Source: an uncultured bacterium
Lineage (GTDB): Bacteria > Krumholzibacteriota > Krumholzibacteriia > LZORAL124-64-63
Assembly: GCA_963727525.1 (NCBI GenBank)
Contig: CAVSGO010000007.1
Span: forward strand, 672,001 to 736,000
Reading direction: 5' to 3'
Length of the DNA stretch: 64,000 nt
Shown: positions 10,277 through 19,936 of the stretch, one piece after another
Layout of the letters: each line of letters begins with the position of its first letter
Numbering within the stretch: position 1 is the first letter of the stretch
Program-made: the position numbers and the translations under genes
The notes under the pieces: generated by a model
What the model was told of the DNA's origin: nothing
Seen by the model: the letters and a program-made list of their open reading frames with translations, nothing else
Database searches by the model: none

Positions 10277-11545
10277 ATGTACTTCTACGCGTTCTACCCT
10301 CTCGGCCTCGACGTGCGCCTTGCACGTCGTCCCTGGTTGTCGATCAGCCTCGTCGCGGTGATGGTGGGGGTCTTCCTCTGGTTGCGGTACTTTCCTTACG
10401 CCGGACCCGTCTATCCGGGCAGCCTGATCTTCTGGCCTGGCAACGGTGTGCCCGCAACCACGGTGACGGCCATATTCCTGCACGGAAGCTGGATGCACCT
10501 GCTGGGCAACCTGGTCTATCTCGGTGTCTTCGCGCCAGCGATGGAGGACCGGCTGGGGCGGGGACGATTCTTGCTCCTGTTCCTCATGCTGGGAGTCGCC
10601 GGCAATCTGGCGCACGGCGTGGTGGCGATGGAGGGCTGGCTCGGGCAACGTGGGCTGGCCGTGCTCGGTGCGTCGGGGGCGATCTCGGGGTTGCTCGGGC
10701 TCGCGCTCGTGCGGTTCTCGTTCGCGCGGGTGGCGATCGCTTACTGGGTGTTCGCGCCGCTGCAGGGGCAGAATCGCGCCGGGCGCGCGATGCTGCCGGT
10801 ACCGGTGGCCGTGCTATCGTGGTTGCTGCTGCAACTCGTGCACACGGCCGTGGCCCGCGAAGCCGCGGCCACGGTGTCGTATGGCGCGCATCTCGGCGGC
10901 TTTGGCCTGGGAATCGTACTGGGCTTCATGCTCGGTCTGCGGCGCGAAGCGCGCGCCGAGGCGAGTCTGCAGCGCGCGCGCGACTACCTCGGCCAGGGCG
11001 TGGGTTTCGCCGCCATGGGCGCCTACGACGAGTACCTGGCTCATGCGCCGGACGATGCCGAGGTCCAACGCGAGCAGGCGCGCGCCGCGCTCATGGCGGG
11101 CCAGCGGGGACTGGCGCGCCAGCGCTATCAGACGCTCGTGCGGCGTTACCGCGACGCGGGACGCCTCGACCAGGCTTGCGACGTCTATCTCGAGGGTCGT
11201 CGCCTGCAGCGTGGTCTGGGGTTGCCTCCGCACGAACTCGCGGCGGTGGCCCACTGGCTGGAGAAGTCGGGTGCGTCCGCGAGTGCCGTGCACGCGTACG
11301 AGGACCTCGTGGAGATGTACGGGAGCCATCCCGAGAGCGACCGCGCGTGGGTGCGTATCGTGATGCTGCTGCACGGCGCGCTGGGGGAGACGGAGGAGGC
11401 GCGGCAGTGGCTCGCGCGCGCCCGGAAGGCGTTGCCGTCCGGGGCATGGCGGGACTTCCTGGAAGGTGAGTTCAGGCAGGAAACAACCACGCGTGCAGGT
11501 CTGGCAGCACCTCCGGCACCCGCAACGCCGGGACGAGCACCCTGA
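10277..11545 (+). CDS. Rhomboid intramembrane serine protease with TPR-like C-terminal domain
   Basis: HGSWMHLLGN, GASG (catalytic Ser), AHLGG (catalytic His); helical TPR-like tail. Confidence 0.9.
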   Translation: MYFYAFYPLGLDVRLARRPWLSISLVAVMVGVFLWLRYFPYAGPVYPGSLIFWPGNGVPATTVTAIFLHGSWMHLLGNLVYLGVFAPAMEDRLGRGRFLLLFLMLGVAGNLAHGVVAMEGWLGQRGLAVLGASGAISGLLGLALVRFSFARVAIAYWVFAPLQGQNRAGRAMLPVPVAVLSWLLLQLVHTAVAREAAATVSYGAHLGGFGLGIVLGFMLGLRREARAEASLQRARDYLGQGVGFAAMGAYDEYLAHAPDDAEVQREQARAALMAGQRGLARQRYQTLVRRYRDAGRLDQACDVYLEGRRLQRGLGLPPHELAAVAHWLEKSGASASAVHAYEDLVEMYGSHPESDRAWVRIVMLLHGALGETEEARQWLARARKALPSGAWRDFLEGEFRQETTTRAGLAAPPAPATPGRAP

Positions 11546-12692
11546 CGGTGCCGCCATCGCTGCGCAGATGGGCCTCGCCGAGCCCGCGGTCGGCGAGCCA
11601 GTCGCGCAAGGTCGCGAGTGCGGCCGGCCATGAGCGCGGGCGCGCGCCGGGAAGCGAAAGGCTGGCGAGCCCGACGTCCCGCACGACCTGGTGCCCCGCG
11701 TCCGCGGAGCCGCCAAGGCCACTCATGATCCGGTCGAGCGCGCGCGCCGTACCCCAGCCCTCCCAGTGTCCCGCGGCGCCGGTGGCGAGCCACTCGGCGA
11801 CGAGGGTTTCGGCGTCGACCCGGGCGATAGCCGCCGTCAACCGCTTCTCGCTCGGCCCGTCGTGCCAGGTGATGCGCATCCGCTCGCACGGCGTATCGAC
11901 GGAGATCACCAGCGGTCGGAAGTCCGGCCGCTCCGCGGAGGGCGGCGTGGGCGGCGCCGCGGCGACCATCGTGCCGGGGCCGTTGGTGAAGCTGGAGCGC
12001 ACGACGAGGGGCACGCCGTGCGCGTGCGCATAGGCCACCGCGCGCGGATGCACGACACCGCAGCCGGCGTCGGCGATGGCCTGCATCTCGTCGTAGGCGA
12101 GGATGGTATGGGGGCGGGCATCACGGACGAGGTGGGGATCGGCGGTCATGACACCGTCGACGTCTTTCAGGATCTCGCAGCGTTCGGCGCCGAGGGCCGC
12201 GGCCAGGGCTACCGCGGTGGCATCGCTGCCGCCGCGCCCGAGGGTGGTGATTTCCTTGGCATGACTGACGCCCTGGAAGCCAGCCACCACCACCACGTAC
12301 CCGGCCGCGAGCGCGCCGCGAACGCGGTCGCCCTTGACCTCGAGGATGCGGGCGTCGGTGTGGCTGCCGTCGGTGATGATGCCGCACTGGCTGCCCGTCA
12401 GGGACAGGGCGGGGCAGGTTTCGGCCGCCAGGGCCATGCACAGCAACGACATGCTGATGCGTTCGCCCACCGAGAGCAGCATGTCCAGCTCGCGTCGGGG
12501 CGGATCGGGATTCGCCGCGTAGGCGTCGGCGACGAGCTTGTCCGTGGTGTGGCCCATCGCGCTGACGACGACCACGAGGCGGTAGCCGCGGTCGCGGCAC
12601 GCTTTGAGATCGCGGGCGACCTCGCGCAGGCGCGGCACGTCGGCCAGGCTGGTGCCACCGTACTTGCGCACGAGTATGGGGACCGACGTCAC
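11472..12692 (-). CDS. lysC: Aspartate kinase
   Basis: KYGGTS, VVVVSAMG, VAGFQG, TTLGRGGSD, DVDGVMTADP; GTG start after a GGAGGT RBS. Confidence 0.9.
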   Translation of the reverse strand: MTSVPILVRKYGGTSLADVPRLREVARDLKACRDRGYRLVVVVSAMGHTTDKLVADAYAANPDPPRRELDMLLSVGERISMSLLCMALAAETCPALSLTGSQCGIITDGSHTDARILEVKGDRVRGALAAGYVVVVAGFQGVSHAKEITTLGRGGSDATAVALAAALGAERCEILKDVDGVMTADPHLVRDARPHTILAYDEMQAIADAGCGVVHPRAVAYAHAHGVPLVVRSSFTNGPGTMVAAAPPTPPSAERPDFRPLVISVDTPCERMRITWHDGPSEKRLTAAIARVDAETLVAEWLATGAAGHWEGWGTARALDRIMSGLGGSADAGHQVVRDVGLASLSLPGARPRSWPAALATLRDWLADRGLGEAHLRSDGGTVRVLVPALRVPEVLPDLHAWLFPA

Positions 12693-12862
12693 GGCAGAGA
12701 CCTCCGACAGTCCGGGGTGCGGCGGCCAGGATAGGCCAACGTCCGTGCGGGGACAAGGGGGTAGACGCAAAGGTCGCGCGCGGAACCAGCGGCAGGAAAA
12801 AGAGTTGCCGGGACCGGTCCCGTTTGCTAGTTTTCCCCTGCCTCCCATGGAGTCGTACTTTC

Positions 12863-13588
12863 TTGAAATCACTGGATTTACGACAGCCGGAGGCTGAAGA
12901 TGGCGCGATTCCGGCGGGCGGGACGCGCGCCGGTGGCAGGGAATGCGAGCGGCTCTGGCGTCACGGGGCGCGCAGCCTCGCCTCGGGCGAGCTGGTAGCC
13001 CTGGTGCTCGGACCGGGCGGATCCGTGGCGGCGCCGGTCCTGGCGCAGTTCCTGCTCAATCGCGTGGGCGACCTCGGTGGCCTGGCGCAGGCGAGCGCCG
13101 AAGCGCTGAGCGCGATTCCCGGACTCGGGCGCGCGCGCGCGGCGCGGCTGCTAGCGGCGGTCGAGCTTGGGCGGCGGTTGCAGGTGGCTCCGCGGGCGCT
13201 GCGGCCGGCCGTGCACGGACCGCACGACCTGGCCGATCTGCTGGGCGCGGAGCTGCGGGGTCTGGACCGGGAGCACTTCCTCGGTCTCTACCTCGACGCC
13301 CGCCACCGCGTGATGGTGGTGCGCACCATCTCGGTTGGGACGCTCGACGCGTCGCTCGTGCATCCGCGCGAGGTGTTCCTGCCGGCCGTCGGACTGCAAG
13401 CGGCGGCAGTGATCGTCGCGCACAATCACCCGTCGGGCTGTGCACGGCCCAGCGGGGAAGATCTGGAACTCACGCGTCGCCTGGCGAGCTGCGGCGACCT
13501 GCTCGGAATCGCGTTGCTGGACCACCTGGTGGTGGGTGACGGAGAGATCATCAGCATTCGCGAGTATGGCTGGCCCGCGACCGTCTGA
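12863..13588 (+). CDS. radC: RadC family JAB-domain protein (start uncertain)
   Basis: HhH IPGLGRA; VHPREVF; AHNHPSG; LLDHLVVG; classic radC-mreBCD synteny. Confidence 0.9.
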   Translation: MKSLDLRQPEAEDGAIPAGGTRAGGRECERLWRHGARSLASGELVALVLGPGGSVAAPVLAQFLLNRVGDLGGLAQASAEALSAIPGLGRARAARLLAAVELGRRLQVAPRALRPAVHGPHDLADLLGAELRGLDREHFLGLYLDARHRVMVVRTISVGTLDASLVHPREVFLPAVGLQAAAVIVAHNHPSGCARPSGEDLELTRRLASCGDLLGIALLDHLVVGDGEIISIREYGWPATV

Positions 13589-13620
13589 CGGACGGTCGCG
13601 CTGAACGAGGACGGATCCCT

Positions 13621-14643
13621 ATGTTGAAACGCCTGCAGGGCATGTTCACCAACGACATCGCAATCGATCTGGGCACGGCCAACACTCTCGTGTATATCAA
13701 GGGCAAGGGCATCGTGCTGAACCAGCCGTCGGTGGTGGCGATCAACAAGACCACGGACAAGGTCTATGCCGTCGGCCAGCAGGCCAAGGCCATGCTCGGC
13801 AAGACGCCCGACAGCATCGCGGCCATCCGTCCTCTGAAGGACGGTGTCATCGCGGACTTCGAGGTCTGCGAGTACATGCTGCGCGAGTTCATCAAGATCG
13901 CGCAGAAGAAGCGCCATTTCATCGCGCCGCGCATCATCATCTGCGTGCCTTCGGGCATCACGGAGGTGGAGAAGCGCGCGGTGCGCGACAGCGCCAAGCA
14001 CGCGGGCGCGCGCGAGGTGTTCCTGGTGGCCGAGCCCGTGGCGGCGGCAATCGGTGTGGGTTTGCCGGTGGATCAGCCAAGTGGCAACATGATCATCGAC
14101 ATCGGCGGTGGTACCACCGAGATCGCGGTCATCGCGCTCAACGGCATCGTCTGCGACACGAGCATCCGTGTGGGCGGTGACGAACTCGACGAGGCCATCG
14201 TCAGCTACGTCAAGAAGACCCACAACCTGCTCATCGGCGACCAGACGGCCGAGATGATCAAGAAGACGATCGGCTCGGCTCACAAGTCGGCCGAGGAGCT
14301 GGAGATGGAGGTCAAGGGCCTCTACCAGGTCACCGGCGTGCCCAAGACGATCAAGGTGACGTCGTCGGAGATCCGTGAAGCACTGCAGGAATCGGTGCAG
14401 CAGATCGTCGACGCGCTCAAGCACGCACTCGAGCAGACGCCGCCCGAGCTGGCTGCTGACATCAAGGACCGCGGCATCGTCCTCACCGGTGGCGGTGCGT
14501 TGTTGCGCGGATTGCCGGAGCTGATGCGCGAGGCCACGGATCTGCCGATCAATCTCATGGACGATCCGCTTTTCTGCGTCGTCCTGGGAACCGGCAAGAT
14601 CCTCGACGACTTCGAGAAGTATCGCCCCGTCATCATGCGGTGA
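13621..14643 (+). CDS. mreB: Rod shape-determining actin-like protein MreB
   Basis: IDLGTANT, RPLKDGVIADF, DIGGGTTE, LTGGGALL. Confidence 0.98.
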   Translation: MLKRLQGMFTNDIAIDLGTANTLVYIKGKGIVLNQPSVVAINKTTDKVYAVGQQAKAMLGKTPDSIAAIRPLKDGVIADFEVCEYMLREFIKIAQKKRHFIAPRIIICVPSGITEVEKRAVRDSAKHAGAREVFLVAEPVAAAIGVGLPVDQPSGNMIIDIGGGTTEIAVIALNGIVCDTSIRVGGDELDEAIVSYVKKTHNLLIGDQTAEMIKKTIGSAHKSAEELEMEVKGLYQVTGVPKTIKVTSSEIREALQESVQQIVDALKHALEQTPPELAADIKDRGIVLTGGGALLRGLPELMREATDLPINLMDDPLFCVVLGTGKILDDFEKYRPVIMR

Positions 14644-14692
14644 GACAGTCGACAGGCTGTGAGACCTTGCCGCGGAGGGAGCCCGGGCACGC

Positions 14693-15553
14693 ATGGTGCG
14701 TTCATCCCAGCCAGCAGTGCGCGCCGACGTCATCGCGTTGTCGAGCTGCTTGCTGCTCTCGCTGCTCCTGCTGAACCTGCCGAATCATGCGCGTGTGAGA
14801 GTGGCGTACACGCTGGCGTCTGTCATCGTCACGCCCTACCAGAACCTGCGCAATTTCGCCGAAGACGTGCTGCAGGTGCGCGCGGAGAACGCCCGCCTGG
14901 CGGCCCAGGTCGAGGTGCTGGAACTCAGGGCCGCCGTCGCCCGGCGAGCCACCGCCGACAGTTCGCGCGCGGCGGCGGTGCACGCCCTCGATCCCGGCGT
15001 GACGGGGCCACTGGCGCCGTGCCAGGTGATCGCGCGGCAACGCGCGCGCTACGCGAGCATGGTCCAGATTGTCAGCCGTGATCCGCTGCAATGGCGTTCG
15101 GGGCTGGCCGTGATCGATCCGCGCGGCTACATCGGTCGCGTGCACACGGTGATGGACTCCCGCGCCGCCTGGGTGGAGCTGCTCACGTCGCCGGACATGG
15201 CTCTGGGCGTGGAGATCGTCCGCACCGGCCTCGTGGGCGTGTTGCGCCCGCGCGCCGACACGTTCGTCCTCGAGATGGTGGGGCGCGACGAGGATGTGGA
15301 GTCGGGCGACGTGGTCGTCACCTCGGGCATCGCGGAGATCCGCGAGGATGCGAGCGACGAGCCGCGCGACCCGGTGCCGCGCGGTCTCCCGGTGGGCGTG
15401 GTGCGCGAGGTGAGCGCCCCCACCGATCAGATCTTCAAGCAGATCGTGGTGGAGCCCCTCGCGGATTTCGACCGCAACGAGGTCGTCTTCGTGGTCGGAG
15501 CCTCGCGTCTGGCACCTTCGGCGTCGGCGCCGTCGGCCGGGAATCGGCCATGA
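14693..15553 (+). CDS. mreC: Rod shape-determining protein MreC
   Basis: TM, coiled coil, GDVVVTSG...PRGLPVG; synteny. Confidence 0.9.
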   Translation: MVRSSQPAVRADVIALSSCLLLSLLLLNLPNHARVRVAYTLASVIVTPYQNLRNFAEDVLQVRAENARLAAQVEVLELRAAVARRATADSSRAAAVHALDPGVTGPLAPCQVIARQRARYASMVQIVSRDPLQWRSGLAVIDPRGYIGRVHTVMDSRAAWVELLTSPDMALGVEIVRTGLVGVLRPRADTFVLEMVGRDEDVESGDVVVTSGIAEIREDASDEPRDPVPRGLPVGVVREVSAPTDQIFKQIVVEPLADFDRNEVVFVVGASRLAPSASAPSAGNRP

Positions 15554-16041
15554 GAGCCTTCGTCCGCACGTCCTTCGTCTGGATCCTGCTGGCCTTCGTG
15601 GGCGAGACGATCATCGAGCCCACCGTGGCCATTCACGGCGTCGCGCCGGATTTCGGCGTCATCGCCATCGTGGTGCTGGCCATGGCCCAGGGTTCGTTCG
15701 CCGGCACGGTCGGCGGCTTCATCCTCGGCCTGGTGCAGGACCTGTCGATCCCGAATCTCCTTGGCCTGCAGGCGCTGTGCAACTCGCTGCTCGGATTCGC
15801 GGTGGGCCGGGTGCGGGGCCGGCTCGTCTACGGCGTGCCGGTGGTCGAGGGCGCTCTCGTCCTCGTCTCCTCGCTGGCGCACGACACCCTGTTTCTGCTC
15901 GTCCAGAGCCGACTGCAGAGCGATGCGTTCCTGGGTCCGCTGCTCACGCAGGCGGTGCCCACGGCGTTCTACACGGCCATCGTGGGTATCCCGATCATCC
16001 GTCTCGCCGACATGCTCGGTGTGTTGCAGCGGGAGGATTGA
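15550..16041 (+). CDS. mreD: Rod shape-determining protein MreD
   Basis: Hydrophobic; APDF and GFILGLVQDL; ATGA overlap with mreC. Confidence 0.9.
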   Translation: MRAFVRTSFVWILLAFVGETIIEPTVAIHGVAPDFGVIAIVVLAMAQGSFAGTVGGFILGLVQDLSIPNLLGLQALCNSLLGFAVGRVRGRLVYGVPVVEGALVLVSSLAHDTLFLLVQSRLQSDAFLGPLLTQAVPTAFYTAIVGIPIIRLADMLGVLQRED

Positions 16042-16044
16042 CGC

Positions 16045-17826
16045 GTGGCGTACGATACCTCGCAACCGTTGCGTGGACGCCTTCTGCGGGGGGTGGTGAT
16101 CCTGCTCTTCGCCATCCTGACGGTGAATCTCGTCGGACTGATGGTGATGCGCCATCGCCACTACACGGCGCAGGCGCTGGAGAACCGGCAAGTGCGCTTC
16201 CGTGTGCGCGCCCCGCGTGGCCGCATCACGGATCGCCATGGCCGGCCGCTCGCCGACAATCGATTCGTGGCCGACATCACCATTCCGGCGAGCTGCCTCG
16301 TCGAGAATCAACCCGATTCCACGCTCTCGCGCTTGATCACGTGGTTCGACCTGCCCGAGGATACCACGCTGGCCGAGCTGGCCGCGCAGAAGGCCCGGGG
16401 CCGTCGACGCCTCGTCCTGGTCGCCGACGCGGACATGCAGCGCATCGTCGCCGTGGAGGAGCGGCGGTCGCAACTACGCGGCGTGCAGGTGGATTCGCGG
16501 CTCAGCCGGCGCTATCTCCAGGGCGCCCTCTTCGCGCACGTGATTGGCTACGTCGGAGAAGTCGACCAGTCCGACATCGACGCCGCGTCGGCCGACCTCG
16601 ACTACCGTCTGCGGGACGTCATCGGCAAGCAGGGGGTGGAAGCCGCGTTCGAGTCGGCGCTGCGCGGCATGCCGGGGCTGAAGCTGGAGGAGGTGAACGC
16701 GTCGGGCCGCATCGTCGGCCGCCAGTCGGTCTGGTTGCAACCGGTGGTGCCCGGACGCGATGTGGCGCTGACGCTGTCGCTACCGCTGCAGCAGGAGATG
16801 GATCGCCTGCTGGCTGGTCGGCGCGGCTGTGGTGTCGCCGTGGCGGTCCCCTCGGGCGAGGTGCTGGCCGCCGTGAGCTCGCCGTCCTTCGACCCCAACC
16901 AGCTCATGGGCAGCCTCTCGACGGCGGAATGGCGCGGGCTGAGCGAGGACCCGGCCAAACCGTTCTTCAACCGCATCGTCCAGGCTACTTATCCGCCAGG
17001 CTCGCTTTACAAGCCGATCACGGCACTGGCCGGCCTGAAAGCCGCCGTCATCGACACGGGCACGTATCTCGATCCATGCTACGGCGGCTACCGCTTCGGC
17101 AATCGCACTTTCCGCTGCTGGCGCGCGGCTGGCCACGGTAGCCTGAGCCTCACGGGTGCGCTCGCGCACTCGTGCGACGTCTACTTCTACCAGGTGGGGC
17201 TGAAGCTCGACATCGACACGCTGGCGTCCGCGGCGCGAGCATTCGGGCTGGGCTCGCCTTGCTCGGGCATCTTCCCCGAGGAGGTGAGTGGGAACGTGCC
17301 GACGACAGCGTGGTATGATCAGCGATATGGCCGCGGCGGTTGGAGCCGCGGCGTACTGCTGAACAACGCCATCGGGCAGGGCGAGATCCTGGTCACACCA
17401 CTGCAAGTGGCCATGCTGTCGGCGCGCCTCGCGGCAGGCGGACGGGTGCCTTCGCCGACGTTCGTGTACGGTCAGACACCCCGGGACGGGCCGACGACGC
17501 TGCCGTTCACCGCGAGCCATCTCGCCTGGTGCCGGCGCGCGCTGCGCGCCGTCGTGGACGACGGGACCGGCGGGGCGGCGCAGCAGGCGGGTGTCTCGGT
17601 GGCCGGCAAGACCGGTACTGCTCAGAATCCGCACGGTGAGGACCACGCGTGGTTCATGTGCTACGCGCCGGCGAATGCGCCCGAGGTGGCCGTGGCGGTG
17701 GTGCTGGAGAATGCAGGCCATGGCGGATCACAGGCGGCGCCGGTGGCAGGGGCGTGGTTGAAGTACTATCTCGAGCATCGCGACGAGGTGATGCCCGACC
17801 TCGACCTGGCCGGAGAGATGCCGTGA
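16045..17826 (+). CDS. mrdA: Penicillin-binding protein 2
   Basis: APRGRITDRHG, PPGSLYK (SxxK), SCD, KTG motifs. Confidence 0.95.
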   Translation: MAYDTSQPLRGRLLRGVVILLFAILTVNLVGLMVMRHRHYTAQALENRQVRFRVRAPRGRITDRHGRPLADNRFVADITIPASCLVENQPDSTLSRLITWFDLPEDTTLAELAAQKARGRRRLVLVADADMQRIVAVEERRSQLRGVQVDSRLSRRYLQGALFAHVIGYVGEVDQSDIDAASADLDYRLRDVIGKQGVEAAFESALRGMPGLKLEEVNASGRIVGRQSVWLQPVVPGRDVALTLSLPLQQEMDRLLAGRRGCGVAVAVPSGEVLAAVSSPSFDPNQLMGSLSTAEWRGLSEDPAKPFFNRIVQATYPPGSLYKPITALAGLKAAVIDTGTYLDPCYGGYRFGNRTFRCWRAAGHGSLSLTGALAHSCDVYFYQVGLKLDIDTLASAARAFGLGSPCSGIFPEEVSGNVPTTAWYDQRYGRGGWSRGVLLNNAIGQGEILVTPLQVAMLSARLAAGGRVPSPTFVYGQTPRDGPTTLPFTASHLAWCRRALRAVVDDGTGGAAQQAGVSVAGKTGTAQNPHGEDHAWFMCYAPANAPEVAVAVVLENAGHGGSQAAPVAGAWLKYYLEHRDEVMPDLDLAGEMP

Positions 17827-19094
17827 ACTTCCTCAATGCGCTGCTGCCGCCCGGAGATCGCAAGATCGTGCTGGTCTACGTGCTGCTGCTGCTCACGAGC
17901 CTGGCGATCCTGTGGTCGGTGACCGAGCCGATCGTGGGTCCGTACGAGGTGACGAAGGCCGACGTGGCCAAGGGCATCTTCTGGCGGCAGGTGGTGTGGA
18001 TCGTCGTGTGCTGGATCGCGCTCTGGAGTGTCGCTCGCGTGCCTCTGCGCCACGTGGAAAATGTCGCCTGGCCCGCCTATCTCTTCGTGCTGCTCCTGCT
18101 GGTGGTGGTGATGCTGGTAGCCCCGCAGGTGTCGGGGGCGCGACGCTGGCTGCCGCTGGGGCCGGCGCGATTGCAACCATCGGAGTTTGCCAAGGTCACA
18201 CTGATCGTGCTGCTTGCGAGTGTGCTGGCGCGCCAGGTGGATGCCCGACGCCAGCTCCTGGTGACAGCATTCTCGCTGGTGCTGCTGCTGGTACCCTTCG
18301 TGATGATCCTGCGCGAGCCGGATCTCGGCACGAGTCTGGTGCTGCCCGCGATCTGGCTGGGGATGATCTTCTGGTTCGGAATCTCGGGCGTGTTCCTGCT
18401 CACCTCGGGCAGCGTGGCGATCAGCGCGGTGTTCATGTTCTACTCGGAATCCGTAGCTGCGCAGGTGTGGCCGTGGGCCATCTACCTGATGCTGCTGATG
18501 GCGGTGCTCTACCTTTCGCGGCTGCCGATGGTCACCAGTGTGTTCATCCTGCTGCTGAACATCGTCAGCGGGATCGGTATTCCCGTGGTCTGGGATCACC
18601 TTCAACCGTACCAGCAGGCCCGTATCCTCACCTTCTTCGACCCCACGCGCGACGCCACCGGCACCGGCTACCAGGCCATCCAGTCGAAGGTGGCGATCGG
18701 CTCGGGCGGGCTGTTCGGGACCCACTATCTCCAAGGGACGCAGAAAGGGCTCGCCTTCCTGCCGGAGCGGCACACGGACTTCATCTTCTCGGTGGTGGGG
18801 GAGGAACTCGGGCTCGTCGGCGCCCTGTTCCTGCTCGCGCTCTTCCTGGTGCTCATCCTGCAGGCGATCCAGCTCGCCACGACCACCCGGCGTCCGTTCG
18901 CCAGCCTCCTCGCGGTGGGCATCGCCAGCTACTTCACGTTCCACGTGGTCGTGAACGTGGCCATCACCACCGGCTTGATGCCTGTCACCGGTCTGCCGCT
19001 GCCGCTGATCAGCTATGGCGGGTCGAACCTCCTGGTCTCCTCGATCCTGGTGGGCCTGCTGCTGAATGTCAGCGCGCACCAGTACGAGGGCTGA
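17823..19094 (+). CDS. rodA: SEDS peptidoglycan glycosyltransferase RodA
   Basis: QPSEFAK, EPDLGT, FLPERHTDFIF, PVTGLPLPLISYGGS. Confidence 0.95.
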   Translation: MNFLNALLPPGDRKIVLVYVLLLLTSLAILWSVTEPIVGPYEVTKADVAKGIFWRQVVWIVVCWIALWSVARVPLRHVENVAWPAYLFVLLLLVVVMLVAPQVSGARRWLPLGPARLQPSEFAKVTLIVLLASVLARQVDARRQLLVTAFSLVLLLVPFVMILREPDLGTSLVLPAIWLGMIFWFGISGVFLLTSGSVAISAVFMFYSESVAAQVWPWAIYLMLLMAVLYLSRLPMVTSVFILLLNIVSGIGIPVVWDHLQPYQQARILTFFDPTRDATGTGYQAIQSKVAIGSGGLFGTHYLQGTQKGLAFLPERHTDFIFSVVGEELGLVGALFLLALFLVLILQAIQLATTTRRPFASLLAVGIASYFTFHVVVNVAITTGLMPVTGLPLPLISYGGSNLLVSSILVGLLLNVSAHQYEG

Positions 19095-19105
19095 AAGGAG
19101 CCACC

Positions 19106-19861
19106 GTGCATCCCGTGCTGCTGGGGCCGATCAAGAGCTACGGATTCATGCTGGCGCTCAGCTTCCTCCTGGGCATGCTGCTCAGCTTGCGCCGCGGGCG
19201 AGCGCGCGGGATCAAGGGCGAGGACGTCTACGACCTGGTGTTCCTCATCCTGGTGTCCAGCCTCGTGGGCGTGCGCGTCGTCTATGTCGTGACCCATCTG
19301 GACCAGTTCCACCCCTGGACCCGGGCTTTCGCCATCTGGGACGGCGGACTCACGCTCTACGGCGGCATCCTGCTGGCGATCCCGGCCACGTGGTGGTTCT
19401 GCCGGCGGCGGGGCCTCGAATTTCTCGTGATCGCCGATGCCCTGGCTCCGGGTGTGATGCTCGGCATCGGCATCACGCGCATCGGTTGCTTCATGGCCGG
19501 GTGCTGCTATGGTCGTCCCTGTTCCCTGCCATGGGCCGTGCACTTCCCGGCGAGCGCACCGGCGACGCAGCAGTACGGTGCGCTGGCCGTGCATCCGTCG
19601 CAGCTCTACGCGTCGTTCGGCGGCTTCCTGATCTTTGCGGTGTTGCTGCTCTGGGACCGCCGTCCGTCGCCCCGTGGCGCCACCTTCTGGCGCTTCCTGC
19701 TGCTCTATGGCGTCGACCGCTTCCTCAACGATTTCACGCGCTATTACGAACCGACGCAACGGCTGTGGCCGGGGTGGAGCAACAACCAGTGGCTCAGTCT
19801 CCTTCTGGCCCTGGCGGCCCTCGTCATGCTGCTACGGTTGCCCCGGCCGCGCGCGTCGTAG
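19106..19861 (+). CDS. lgt: Prolipoprotein diacylglyceryl transferase
   Basis: SYG, IWDGGLTLYGG, RIGCFMAGCCYG, HPSQLY. Confidence 0.92.
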   Translation: MHPVLLGPIKSYGFMLALSFLLGMLLSLRRGRARGIKGEDVYDLVFLILVSSLVGVRVVYVVTHLDQFHPWTRAFAIWDGGLTLYGGILLAIPATWWFCRRRGLEFLVIADALAPGVMLGIGITRIGCFMAGCCYGRPCSLPWAVHFPASAPATQQYGALAVHPSQLYASFGGFLIFAVLLLWDRRPSPRGATFWRFLLLYGVDRFLNDFTRYYEPTQRLWPGWSNNQWLSLLLALAALVMLLRLPRPRAS

Positions 19862-19936
19862 ACGCGCCCTGGACCTCGCCTCCCGGACATCGGCCCGATC
19901 GGCCGGCCGGTCGCGTGGCGACCGGGGTCGCGACCC

